From Candidatus Enterousia sp. (GTDB taxonomy: Bacteria; Pseudomonadota; Alphaproteobacteria; Rs-D84), in contig JAZNVR010000023.1 in assembly GCA_045592905.1 (NCBI GenBank), forward strand, positions 12,986-76,985: a stretch of 64,000 nucleotides of DNA. The letters are read 5' to 3'. Shown one piece after another: positions 55,151 to 64,000 of this stretch (position 1 is its first letter; each line of letters begins with the position of its first letter). The notes under the pieces were generated by a model that saw nothing but the letters and a program-made list of their open reading frames with translations, was not told the origin of the DNA and ran no database searches. Made by a program: the position numbers and the translations under genes.

Positions 55151-56557
55151 ATGAATACGAATAAAGTATCTTTGTTATCTTTGATGATATTGTTGTGTGC
55201 TGTACCAATGGCGAATGCAGCAAGTAATTCTGATGGCACAAAATATCGTTCTGATTGGGGATTAAATGATGGCAGTATAACATCATTAGCCTGCTCTGGT
55301 TCTGGGGCGGATGCCGGGTTTAGTAAGTCGCATACAGGTGAAGAACCAAGTGTTGGTAGAGATGAATACTGGCATAAATGGTTGGCAAAACATTTTACAG
55401 ATGATCAAAAAGGTGATTGGTCATATGGTGCAGTTTATTATATTGCACATGAAATGTCAGAACATGGTTATAAATTCTGTAAAACGGTTGTCCAGGGCGA
55501 TCGTGATAGTTGTACATCAGACAGTACATTTTTGATGTATTATGGATTAGGCGATTGTTTGTGGATTTGTGAAAAGGGATATTATGGTGATGGCTGTACC
55601 AGCAAGACAATTGATACAACACAACCGGACACCAGTGTCCTGAAAAGACGCAAGTCATATGCAAATGGTAAAATTCATCCGTTGGTTTCTACCAAAGATA
55701 TGCGTACAGGTGGAAATATAAAGACGAAAATACCAATGTTCTTTTCTTCACACAAGGTGAAATGTTCGGATGGTAATCAGGTTAATTTGTTAAAAATGAA
55801 AAAAAAGCAAGAACATGATGTTGTTTTGGCTATCAAGACAATCACAGATTCTGACAGTTTATGGAAATTTACGTTGTCGCCAATGGTAATTCGTTCTGGC
55901 GGTGCCAAGGGATGCCATGGTGTTGATGATACTGCGTGGCCAATGATAAAATGGGCCGGCCAGGAAAGTGCAAACTATTGCCCATCTGCAGGGTTTATAT
56001 ATGATGCAACAAAATCTGCGTGTATTGCAAATGTTCCATTAGCAGAATCACAGGCTGCCGAAGAAGCAGCATCAAATGCAGCAAGTGAATTGCAACAGGC
56101 AATTGCAGATGCGGAAAAAGACAGACAAAACAAATTGAATTTGTTATGCCCTACTTTCGTTAAGGAAAATTATAATCAAAAAATCCATGATTTTATAGAA
56201 TCTAAGTTTGGTGAAACAACATGTTATAACTTAAAATGCAAGGATTCTGAATCTGGTTTTTATGAAGCAGATATGGATTCAACAACAGTGATTCCATGTA
56301 ATAAATGTGCACCAGCAGATTCAAAAAGCGATATGTTGTATGGTGTTGACAGTGATGGATATTGCGTAGAATGTGGTTTGGGTAAATATTTTGACAAAAG
56401 TACAAAAAAATGTGTAGTAGCAACCGCCATAACCAAAGAACAAATGAAAGGTGAGATTAGTTCCACTGGTTCTTTGAAAAAGACCGCAACAGATCGTTGT
56501 TGGACAAAATCAACCCCAGCAGAGTACAGAGAGTGTTTAAATTTAGATAAAGAATAA
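55151..56557 (+). CDS. secreted Cys-rich protein with EGF-like and furin/VSP-like Cys spacing
   Basis: Signal peptide ...AVPMANA/AS, CLWICEKGYYGDGC and CVECGLGKYFDKSTKKC. 468 aa. Confidence 0.8.
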   Translation: MNTNKVSLLSLMILLCAVPMANAASNSDGTKYRSDWGLNDGSITSLACSGSGADAGFSKSHTGEEPSVGRDEYWHKWLAKHFTDDQKGDWSYGAVYYIAHEMSEHGYKFCKTVVQGDRDSCTSDSTFLMYYGLGDCLWICEKGYYGDGCTSKTIDTTQPDTSVLKRRKSYANGKIHPLVSTKDMRTGGNIKTKIPMFFSSHKVKCSDGNQVNLLKMKKKQEHDVVLAIKTITDSDSLWKFTLSPMVIRSGGAKGCHGVDDTAWPMIKWAGQESANYCPSAGFIYDATKSACIANVPLAESQAAEEAASNAASELQQAIADAEKDRQNKLNLLCPTFVKENYNQKIHDFIESKFGETTCYNLKCKDSESGFYEADMDSTTVIPCNKCAPADSKSDMLYGVDSDGYCVECGLGKYFDKSTKKCVVATAITKEQMKGEISSTGSLKKTATDRCWTKSTPAEYRECLNLDKE

Positions 56558-56582
56558 AAAAAACGCCAATTGGCGTTTTTTT
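56556..56582. terminator. bidirectional terminator between convergent Cys-rich genes
   Basis: AAAAAAAACGCCAATTGGCGTTTTTTT. Confidence 0.85.
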
Positions 56583-56637
56583 ATTATGTGTTTTGTGTAA
56601 CAAATATTAATGTATAAAATATATCATCATATACAGA

Positions 56638-59214
56638 TTATATACCAACCGGTACTGTTAATAGTTCTTCTTCTGTTCCGTCTGTGCATTTAATTTGATT
56701 GTTTTCATACATAGAATGTATACATACCTGATTTTTATATGATATAGACTTACCCGATTTCCAATTTGTTGATATAACCATTTCTTCTTTGTTTTCTGTG
56801 CTGTCATTGTTTTCTGTGGCTGTTTTATCGTAATATTCTGTAACACATTTTGCGGTTTTGCCATTTTCACTGCGACGTGCACCGTTTTCCCAACATGAAC
56901 ATATTCCCCATGATTTTGTATCAATTGTTTCATGGTAGTTGTGTGGGCATACGTTTTCGTTTGCGGTTAATCCGTATAAATCGCTTAGTTTCTGCAATGT
57001 TATTGGGAATGTAGATTCGTCCGAGATATCGTCTGGCAGTTGGCACATATTTCCACTTGCACTGAAATTATATATATTTCTGTCAATGTTTGTATATTCA
57101 ATAAAGCGTCCCTGCAGGTTCATGCATTGGGTTGATAATACAGATAATATTTTATTATATACTTCGGTTGCAACGCCCGATGAACGTGGATGACGTAATA
57201 TTTTTTGCGGTATATCGTCGGGGTTAGTAAAGTATGTGTATTCTACCTCTTGGGATGTGCTGAGTATTATACTTCCTTGTTTCTTTCTTGTAACGTGCAC
57301 ATATTTATCAAATCCACCAAACACTTCTTCAATCAGTTCTTTGTCGCTGCATGCGGGTATTTCGGCAACCTGTTGTGCACATATAGATTTATATTTTGAT
57401 TTGGTAAGGCTTTTGTCTCCGTTTTCGGTGCATTTTGCGCACTCTGGTTCATCTTTTTCACAGATTGTGTCTTTTCTGTCGTTGGTGGATGTGTAAATGT
57501 ACTCGTTACATCCTTTGTCGTACAGTGTAAACCAGTCAATGGCTTCGCCTGCGTTAAACAGACCGCTGTATGGATAGTAAAAGTTTTGATAATTTACACC
57601 ACCGTATTTGTCAAAACATTGTTGAACAACGGCACGACATGCCGCACGTGTGTCTGTGTCTTTTTGATTCGCAATATAATCCTTGATAATATTGCCATCA
57701 AACATGCCATTACAGGATTCAACATAATCTGTACACATTTGCGTATTTAATGCAATTTTGTCTGGTTGTATAACAATGTTGTTCCCATTGGTTAATACCT
57801 GCATTGCGGTGGTAATTGCCTTGTCGCTGTTGATATAGCATGATGAAACAAAATCAAAACAACCCTGCTTAATTTCGTTTACCTTGGCACGTTGTGCATA
57901 GTATATGTCAAGCAGTGCCTTGTCCAGATAGTCGGCCCATGCAATATCTGCTTTTTCAACACATTTGTCCATCGCAGGGGCAGCAAATTTTTTAACACGA
58001 CTGACAAAATTGTTCACAAACGTTTTGTTGCGTTGAATTGTAGATAACTTTTGATGTGCAGAATCAACCCCATCCGCAAATGTTAATAATTCTGCCAGTT
58101 TATAGAATTGTGCAACACCAGCAATCGGTTTGCCCGTAGATACATCAATGTATTCACCGTTGTCCAAACATCTGTGATAGTTTTTACCGCATACTTCTTC
58201 GCTAAGTATTGCTGCCTCTATCTCGTTAATGCATGTGGTTAAGTCAGATGAATTATGTTTTTGCCGATTTTCAACACGTGCCAAATCTAGCATGGCACTG
58301 CCTTCACGAACGGCAGATTTCAATTGTTTCTGTGTTGTTTCAATGGCCGTCTGGACGGTATTACAGTCTTGTTCAACAGCCATTAAATATGCAGTAATTG
58401 CACGCTGTAATGATGCGTCGGTACAATCGTTTTTTACAGCCTGACGACATTGTGGGTATACTGCATTATATAACGCCAATCCGTTATAGGCGGCAATTGC
58501 CTGACCTGCATCAGATGTGCCAAATGCATTGGCAGTGTCAAAAGACATATTAATACTGTTTAAATCAGAATATTTACCACCAACATTTGTGTCCTTGCCA
58601 CGAATTGAATTCATGATTGCCTGTAATAATGCCTTGGATGCAGATTTGTCAGATGTTAATGCATTTTCCCCTTCGGATGCATTTTTCATCGCAGATGCCT
58701 GGGCAGCCGTCATGCCAACAACGTCCAAGGTTTCTGTAAATGCAGTTAATTGTTCATTTGCATCTTCAAGTGTTTTACGCTGTTCAATCAAATCAAATAC
58801 ACGATCGTTACAAGAACAACGACGATAATCATCGTTTTTTAATGTGCAAAACTGATCCATACATGAAAAATATGTCTTTTTACAATTTTCGTATTCTGCA
58901 CCAGTGCGTGTTTCAGACATGCTGGGGGCGGTGGTTGCAGCACGTGATATAACATTGCGTTTTGTAGAACTGGTTGTGTTTCGTGATTGAATACCCGGTC
59001 TGGTTTGTGTCGCACTGCGTGGATTTTTTGCAGTGTTACCACGTGCAGAAATTACAGATGTTCGTGGTTTTGATGGCAGAACAGTTGTTGCAACACGTGA
59101 TTGGGTTGCACGATTTGGACGTGTGCGTGATGTGCTGTTCCCATCACGAACAGCAGCGTCAACAACGCCAACGCAAATCAATGTGTTAATAATAAATACA
59201 AGAATTTTCTTCAT
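56638..59214 (-). CDS. giant secreted Cys-rich protein, paralogue 2
   Basis: ATG at 59214 (MKKILVFIINTLICVGVVDA). Basic R/S/T tract with KNPRSAT, then YENCKKTYFSCMDQFC...RRCSCND. It is a paralogue of the 52620-55133 product. Confidence 0.8.
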   Translation of the reverse strand: MKKILVFIINTLICVGVVDAAVRDGNSTSRTRPNRATQSRVATTVLPSKPRTSVISARGNTAKNPRSATQTRPGIQSRNTTSSTKRNVISRAATTAPSMSETRTGAEYENCKKTYFSCMDQFCTLKNDDYRRCSCNDRVFDLIEQRKTLEDANEQLTAFTETLDVVGMTAAQASAMKNASEGENALTSDKSASKALLQAIMNSIRGKDTNVGGKYSDLNSINMSFDTANAFGTSDAGQAIAAYNGLALYNAVYPQCRQAVKNDCTDASLQRAITAYLMAVEQDCNTVQTAIETTQKQLKSAVREGSAMLDLARVENRQKHNSSDLTTCINEIEAAILSEEVCGKNYHRCLDNGEYIDVSTGKPIAGVAQFYKLAELLTFADGVDSAHQKLSTIQRNKTFVNNFVSRVKKFAAPAMDKCVEKADIAWADYLDKALLDIYYAQRAKVNEIKQGCFDFVSSCYINSDKAITTAMQVLTNGNNIVIQPDKIALNTQMCTDYVESCNGMFDGNIIKDYIANQKDTDTRAACRAVVQQCFDKYGGVNYQNFYYPYSGLFNAGEAIDWFTLYDKGCNEYIYTSTNDRKDTICEKDEPECAKCTENGDKSLTKSKYKSICAQQVAEIPACSDKELIEEVFGGFDKYVHVTRKKQGSIILSTSQEVEYTYFTNPDDIPQKILRHPRSSGVATEVYNKILSVLSTQCMNLQGRFIEYTNIDRNIYNFSASGNMCQLPDDISDESTFPITLQKLSDLYGLTANENVCPHNYHETIDTKSWGICSCWENGARRSENGKTAKCVTEYYDKTATENNDSTENKEEMVISTNWKSGKSISYKNQVCIHSMYENNQIKCTDGTEEELLTVPVGI

Positions 59215-59350
59215 CTCTGATGAAATTTTAGCAAAATTATGAATTTTAGTGCAAGTGAATAATAACTGTTTGTGTGCTAAAATTACAATAAAAATAATTT
59301 TTTCTTGTTGCAATTAAGGGTTTTATAGATTAATATCATGTTCGCTTTAT

Positions 59351-59437
59351 GGGCGTATGGCGGAATTGGTAGACGCGCTAGTTTCAGGTACTAGTGGTAG
59401 CAATACCTTGGAAGTTCGAGTCTTCTTACGCCCACCA
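59351..59437 (+). tRNA. tRNA-Leu (anticodon CAG)
   Basis: Acceptor GGGCGUA/UACGCCC, anticodon arm CUAGU-UUCAGGU-ACUAG, long variable arm, T-loop UUCGAGU, encoded CCA. Confidence 0.9.
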
Positions 59438-59446
59438 TTGTATTAT

Positions 59447-59522
59447 GGGGTTGTAGCTCAGTTGATAGAGCGCTACGTTCGCATCGTAGAGGTCGTGGGT
59501 TTGAGTCCCATCAGCTCCACCA
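59447..59522 (+). tRNA. tRNA-Ala (anticodon CGC)
   Basis: G3:U70 in the acceptor stem, anticodon arm CUACG-UUCGCAU-CGUAG, encoded CCA. The D-loop is AGUUGAUA and the T-loop UUUGAGU (A19/U56). Confidence 0.85.
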
Positions 59523-59670
59523 ACATTATATGCTAATTATTTTTGTTTTATACGTTATTGTATATAGTAGTAATTCCTTGATAGATTTAAGTAAATATTA
59601 ATTAATGTAATATTTTTTGCTTGCATATGTTAAATCATATTGATAATATCTAGGCGTTATTACACACGTC

Positions 59671-59757
59671 GGGGATATGGCGGAATGGTAGACGCTGAGG
59701 ACTTAAAATCCTTTGATCATTGCGATCGTGTGGGTTCAAGTCCCACTATCCCCACCA
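59671..59757 (+). tRNA. tRNA-Leu (anticodon UAA)
   Basis: Acceptor GGGGAUA/UAUCCCC, anticodon loop CUUAAAA, long variable arm, T-loop UUCAAGU, encoded CCA. Confidence 0.9.
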
Positions 59758-59762
59758 CAAAT

Positions 59763-59786
59763 AAATGCCCGTTGCGGGCATTTTTT
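59763..59786 (+). terminator. intrinsic terminator after the tRNA
   Basis: UGCCCG-UUG-CGGGCA plus UUUUUU. Confidence 0.8.
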
Positions 59787-59793
59787 ATTTCCT

Positions 59794-60213
59794 TTATTCT
59801 TGACCGTTTAATGCTTTTAACATGCCCATAATCGCAGCACGTTGCTTGTCACTGGGTAATTTCCAGTATAAATTAATTATTTCCAATGATTCGTTCTTGG
59901 ATAATGGGTCGTCCATGGATTGATTAGATACATAATTTTTTGGTAAACGACCACTGCGGGTTTCGTGATCAATATATCCAGGCAGACCATAAAAGAAAAA
60001 TGAAACAGGTGTTTGCAAGGCAACGCTGATTTCAAATAAGCGTGATGCAGATATGCGATTGCCCGCAGATTCGTATTTCTGAATCTGTTGAAATGTAACA
60101 CCGCATGTTCCAGCCAAATCTTTTTGAGATAGTCCCATCATAACACGACGTAATTGAATGCGTTGACCAATATGCTCGTCAATTGTTGATGGTAAAAATG
60201 GTTTGCCACTCAT
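59794..60213 (-). CDS. XRE-family helix-turn-helix transcriptional regulator
   Basis: IGQRIQLRRVMMGLSQKDLAGTCGVTFQQIQKYESAGNRISASRLFEIS is a canonical HTH_3 domain. Confidence 0.85.
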   Translation of the reverse strand: MSGKPFLPSTIDEHIGQRIQLRRVMMGLSQKDLAGTCGVTFQQIQKYESAGNRISASRLFEISVALQTPVSFFFYGLPGYIDHETRSGRLPKNYVSNQSMDDPLSKNESLEIINLYWKLPSDKQRAAIMGMLKALNGQE

Positions 60214-60337
60214 GTTTTATTCCTTTGTAAATATAAGAGAATGTTCCTAATGTTCTTATACAAGTTTTCTTTTAGTTTTGCAATTAAAAAACAGTTGTGA
60301 TACCATATCGTGTAAGATGTAGAAAAAGGATTTATAA

Positions 60338-61810
60338 ATGATAAAACCATTGGTGCTGTGTATTTTGGATGGGGTTGGAATCAATGACAATGTGCAGAAT
60401 AATGCTGTGGTACAGGCAAAGATGCCTTTTTTTAATAAATTACTAAAAGAATATCCTCATTCTGTATTAAACGCCAGTGGTATATCTGTTGGTTTGCCAG
60501 ATGGTGTTATGGGAAATTCAGAAGTAGGACATATTACAATCGGTTCTGGACGTGTTGTAAATCAATTTTTACGTCGTTTTCAATTGGAAAATTGGGATAA
60601 AAATCTGCCGTTACAAAAATTTATAAATAATGTTAAGTTAAGTGGTGGTATCGTACATGTCGCAGGTTTGATGTCAGATGGACGTGTGCATTCTGATATA
60701 AATGATATTGTCGTTATTGTGCAAAATGTTATAAAGTCTGGATTGCGTGTGTGTTTGCATTTTATTGCAGATGGACGTGATACACCGCCACAATCTGCGA
60801 AACAATACACAGATTTTATCGGTAAAAAACTTGCAGATGAATTCGCATCAAAAAAGGTGTTTTTTGGTACGTTGTCTGGTCGGTATTATACAATGGACCG
60901 AAATAATAATACAGAACGTACACAGTTGGCATTTAATGCAATTGCATTGGCAAAATCTGATATCGTTGCCCCAGATATTGATGCCGCATTGATGGGGGCA
61001 TATGCACGTGGCGAAACAGATGAATTTATTAAACCAACAGTAATTCAGGGCGATGTTCCAATTACAAACAAGGATGGTTTTATATTTGGAAATTATCGCA
61101 GTGATCGGGCCAGACAGATAATGCGTGAAATCGTTACAACAGGGGCAGAAATTCTATGCTTTTCCCAGTATGGCGAAGGATTAAATGATTTGTGCCCTGC
61201 ACTGCTGGCTGACGAAGTAATTGAAAATACGTTGGGTGATGTGTTGGCAAAAAATAATTTGCGACAGTTGCGTATTTCTGAAACAGAAAAATATAATCAT
61301 GTAACTTATTTTTTTGATGCAGAACGGAATATAGACTTTGTTGGCGAAACAAAGATTCTAATTCCATCCCCGGATGTCGCAACGTTTGATTTAAAACCAG
61401 AAATGTCAGCTGTTGAAATAACAGATGCGTTGTTACCAGTATTATCTGATTTTGATGTTGTTATATTAAATTATGCCAATGGCGATATGGTTGGACACAC
61501 CGGTAATATTGATGCAACAATCTGTGCAATGGAAACGTTGGATAAACAGTTGGCACGATTAGTGCCGGCTGTATTAAATTTAGGTGGCGTTGTATTGTTG
61601 ACAGCAGATCATGGAAATGCAGAACAGATGACGGATGTAAATACTGGTGTACCATGGACAGCACATACAACAAATCCTGTGAACTTTATTGTTGTTGGTG
61701 GTGGCATTAATTCTGTCCAAGATGGCGGATTGGCAGATATTGCACCAACAATTTTGAAAATCTTAGGGATAAAAAAACCAAGTGACATGACTGGTAATTC
61801 GTTGGTGTGA
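60338..61810 (+). CDS. gpmI: 2,3-bisphosphoglycerate-independent phosphoglycerate mutase
   Basis: LCILDGVG, MGNSEVGH..IG.GR, ADGRDTPP, TADHGNAE. Confidence 0.95.
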   Translation: MIKPLVLCILDGVGINDNVQNNAVVQAKMPFFNKLLKEYPHSVLNASGISVGLPDGVMGNSEVGHITIGSGRVVNQFLRRFQLENWDKNLPLQKFINNVKLSGGIVHVAGLMSDGRVHSDINDIVVIVQNVIKSGLRVCLHFIADGRDTPPQSAKQYTDFIGKKLADEFASKKVFFGTLSGRYYTMDRNNNTERTQLAFNAIALAKSDIVAPDIDAALMGAYARGETDEFIKPTVIQGDVPITNKDGFIFGNYRSDRARQIMREIVTTGAEILCFSQYGEGLNDLCPALLADEVIENTLGDVLAKNNLRQLRISETEKYNHVTYFFDAERNIDFVGETKILIPSPDVATFDLKPEMSAVEITDALLPVLSDFDVVILNYANGDMVGHTGNIDATICAMETLDKQLARLVPAVLNLGGVVLLTADHGNAEQMTDVNTGVPWTAHTTNPVNFIVVGGGINSVQDGGLADIAPTILKILGIKKPSDMTGNSLV

Positions 61811-61815
61811 TAATA

Positions 61816-62226
61816 TTATTTTTCTTTAAAGTTTATCAGCATTTTTTGTATTTCAAATTTCATCTTTGCACGGGTCACATTATGAATAATGGCATTATGT
61901 TTTGTGTGTAACAACAAATAATCGCCACGTTCTGCTTTAATTGGACTATTAATAGTGCGCTCACCCGTTTTGTTGCCATAAACAACTAACTTATTAGTAC
62001 CTTTTTCCAAAACAACGACATAATCATAATTATGTTCATTGTATTTGAGAGTTCTTACCCAGTTATTATAGTCGTTCTTTTTGATAATAGAGCCAAAGCC
62101 CCATGGGTTTGCTTTGTATCTTGTGTGAAAAATTGCTGTACGAAAAGGATTTTCAGATGTTGCATCTAATGATATTACTGAACATCTTTCTGCGGTACCA
62201 TTGTCGAAAGAATCTTTGTCTATCAT
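61816..62226 (-). CDS. hypothetical protein translationally coupled to tadA
   Basis: The ATG at 62226 forms an ATGA overlap with the tadA stop. 136 aa, no recognised family. The ORF-track start 62253 lies inside tadA. Confidence 0.6.
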   Translation of the reverse strand: MIDKDSFDNGTAERCSVISLDATSENPFRTAIFHTRYKANPWGFGSIIKKNDYNNWVRTLKYNEHNYDYVVVLEKGTNKLVVYGNKTGERTINSPIKAERGDYLLLHTKHNAIIHNVTRAKMKFEIQKMLINFKEK

Positions 62227-62711
62227 AAAATAGTGTGTTGTTTCTTTTTGCATTTTACGTCCTTTTTTTTATTTCGTTGTTTTTGGAAAAAATCTTTTAA
62301 TAATCGTGCAGATTCATCTGCGTATTCTGGAACTTGGTATACTTTTGGCTTCCATAGGTGTTTATCTGTTTCATATATGCGGGCATTTGATGTAATTCCC
62401 CCGCCCTTTTCATCTGTGGCCGCAAAATAAATATTGTTTATGCGTGCAAATGATATTGCAGTTGCACACATCGCACATGGTTCCAAAGATACATAAATAT
62501 CACAATCGTCCAAAAATTTCGTCCCCAGTTTTTTACACGCACGATTAATCGCAACAATTTCTGCGTGTAATGTTGGATTTTTACGCATTTGTACCTGGTT
62601 TTCGCCACGTGCAATAATTTTGCCATTGTGAACAATGATGGCACCAATTGGCACATCATCGTGTTCAAATGCTTTTTTTGCTAAAACAATGGCTTGATTC
62701 ATAAAATTCAT
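62223..62711 (-). CDS. tadA: tRNA-specific adenosine deaminase
   Basis: The CDA zinc motifs HAE and PCAMC are present, and the length is TadA-like. Confidence 0.9.
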   Translation of the reverse strand: MNFMNQAIVLAKKAFEHDDVPIGAIIVHNGKIIARGENQVQMRKNPTLHAEIVAINRACKKLGTKFLDDCDIYVSLEPCAMCATAISFARINNIYFAATDEKGGGITSNARIYETDKHLWKPKVYQVPEYADESARLLKDFFQKQRNKKKDVKCKKKQHTIL

Positions 62712-62728
62712 GCTTTATACTTTATAGT

Positions 62729-63283
62729 ATGTATTCAAAATTGCAAATTATTTCTGGAAAACATCGTGGCCGCAAATTGCGATTGCCACCGAATGCACGA
62801 CCAACACAAAATCGGGCCAGGATTGCATTGTTTAATATGCTGGAATCTGGTATTGTTGATACAGAACAAGATTTTATTGTTTGGGATGCATTTGCAGGTT
62901 CTGGGGCGTTTGGTCTGGAATGTTTGTCTAGATATCAAAATGCAAATGTTATTTTTACGGATATTAATCCAACATCAATTAAAACAGTCAGTGATAATCT
63001 AAAAATCCTTGGCGAATGTGCCACAATTAGACAGGCCGATGCAATACAGTCTGTTGCAGAATATGGCAAAATGGCAGATTTGATTTTTGTTGATCCGCCA
63101 TATGCAGATTCTGGATTTGGTGGTGTATTTGTTCATAAATTAACTAAAACAGCAAAAACTGGTACTGTGTTGGTATGGGAACAAGAAACTGGACACGAAA
63201 TGAATCCGGATACTAATAAATGGTGTGTTTTGCGTGATAAATATTATGGTCGTGCCAGATTTTTGATTTTACAAAAGATTTAA
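62729..63283 (+). CDS. rsmD: 16S rRNA (guanine966-N2)-methyltransferase
   Basis: IISGKHRGRKL..P.....RPT..R.R.ALFN.L, DAFAGSGAFGLE, DPPY. Confidence 0.85.
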   Translation: MYSKLQIISGKHRGRKLRLPPNARPTQNRARIALFNMLESGIVDTEQDFIVWDAFAGSGAFGLECLSRYQNANVIFTDINPTSIKTVSDNLKILGECATIRQADAIQSVAEYGKMADLIFVDPPYADSGFGGVFVHKLTKTAKTGTVLVWEQETGHEMNPDTNKWCVLRDKYYGRARFLILQKI

Positions 63284-63388
63284 CCAATAAAATCCTTGAT
63301 TTTTCCATTTTTTTAAGTAATAATATGCCCCGCACAGCACCCTTGGAGGCTGTGAAATGTTAACAAAATGCTATAAAAGGATAAAAAA

Positions 63389-63994
63389 ATGGCAATTAAT
63401 ATAAATGCAGAAATTCGCAACGTTGCTGGCAAGGGGGCCGCACGCAGCATCCGCAATAACAAAAACATCCCTGCTGTTATTTATGGGGAAAAGAAAGCCC
63501 CTGTTGCAATTGAACTGAATGGTCATGAATTCGGGATGTTGCTGAACACACCAAGTTTGCGGACAAAATTATTCCAAATTAAAACAACCGCTGGTACAGA
63601 AGATGCAATGTTGATGGATATTCAATATCATCCAGTGTCTGATGCACCAATTCACGTAGATTTTAAGCGCATTGACGTTAAAAAACCAGTTAATGTTGTT
63701 GTTCCTGTTGAAGTTATTAACGCAGAAACATCAAAAGGCTTGAAATTGGGTGGTACATTGAACTTTGCAGTACGTAAGGTTGCATTGCGTGGTTTGGTTG
63801 ATGTTATGCCAGAAAAAATTATTATTGATTTGGCAAATTTAACAATCGGTGATGTTGTTCATGGTTCAGATTTGGTTTTACCAAATGGTGTTGAACTGGG
63901 ATTGCATCAGGCAGAATTGGCATTTGCAACAATTGGTGGTAAAATGCCTGCCGAAGAAGATGATAAAAAAGCCGCTGCAATGGCAGCAAAATAA
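63389..63994 (+). CDS. rplY: 50S ribosomal protein L25/general stress protein Ctc (long form)
   Basis: GKGAARSIRNNKNIPAVIYG......I.L, ...Q.HPV......HVDF.R, and a two-domain length. Confidence 0.9.
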   Translation: MAININAEIRNVAGKGAARSIRNNKNIPAVIYGEKKAPVAIELNGHEFGMLLNTPSLRTKLFQIKTTAGTEDAMLMDIQYHPVSDAPIHVDFKRIDVKKPVNVVVPVEVINAETSKGLKLGGTLNFAVRKVALRGLVDVMPEKIIIDLANLTIGDVVHGSDLVLPNGVELGLHQAELAFATIGGKMPAEEDDKKAAAMAAK

Positions 63995-64000
63995 TAATGT

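Noticed and set aside
59640-59831. 63-aa ORF on the plus strand
   Set aside because: It is read through the tRNA-Leu(UAA) gene and its terminator.
63300-63388. Ribosomal-protein leader upstream of rplY (hairpin CACAGC...GCUGUG)
   Set aside because: It is a single short hairpin with no second copy or recognisable conserved motif to support it. It is too weak to call.
1-64000. Alternative genetic code or stop-codon reassignment
   Set aside because: Long housekeeping ORFs are uninterrupted under the standard bacterial code. TAA, TAG and TGA all occur as plausible gene ends (TGA at ruvB and tadA, TAG at tolA).

Overview
AT-rich chromosomal segment that looks alphaproteobacterial. The markers are GcrA, two SPOR-domain RlpA paralogues, ybgC-tolQRA, BamD, LpxA/LpxB and a bactofilin-M23 pair. 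The lineage is probably uncultured or host-associated, but that is inference only. I support about 60 protein genes, three tRNAs (Leu-CAG, Ala-CGC, Leu-UAA), the RNase P RNA (rnpB, minus strand, about 44.4-44.7 kb) and many intrinsic terminators. Six of these terminators share a stereotyped AAAAAUCCCC(C)-loop-(G)GGGGAUUUUU design. I saw no rRNA, CRISPR array, transposase or integrase. The housekeeping backbone is aroK, mscL, tlyA, leuS, murJ, bamD, rpiB, lpxAB, gcrA, thyA, tig, rpsI-rplM, an EnvZ/OmpR-type pair, ruvB, tol genes, secA, dnaE, rsmH, gpmI, tadA, rsmD and rplY. Three accessory blocks of unrecognisable genes interrupt it. (i) At 1.4-5.8 kb, a 4-gene cassette is bracketed by a ~180-bp direct repeat, followed by a 157-bp tandem duplication and four genes carrying six copies of a novel ~80-aa 4-Cys module. 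(ii) At 22.9-32.8 kb, an orphan CpaA-like prepilin peptidase heads an operon of two large secreted proteins. This block also holds a 760-aa acidic bitopic protein next to gcrA and small glycine-zipper and Cys-rich secreted proteins. (iii) At 52.1-59.3 kb, two convergent ~840-860-aa paralogous Cys-rich secreted proteins flank an EGF/furin-repeat-like protein, next to a tRNA cluster. My top candidate for something undescribed is a ~210-250-nt structured RNA leader present twice (15837-16048 and 30570-30818). Each copy follows a strong promoter and precedes secreted-protein genes. Four helices are maintained by compensatory changes, and the terminator/SD-sequestering platform resembles a riboswitch or attenuator I cannot assign to a known class. 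All functional calls rest on motifs read by eye, with no database searches.
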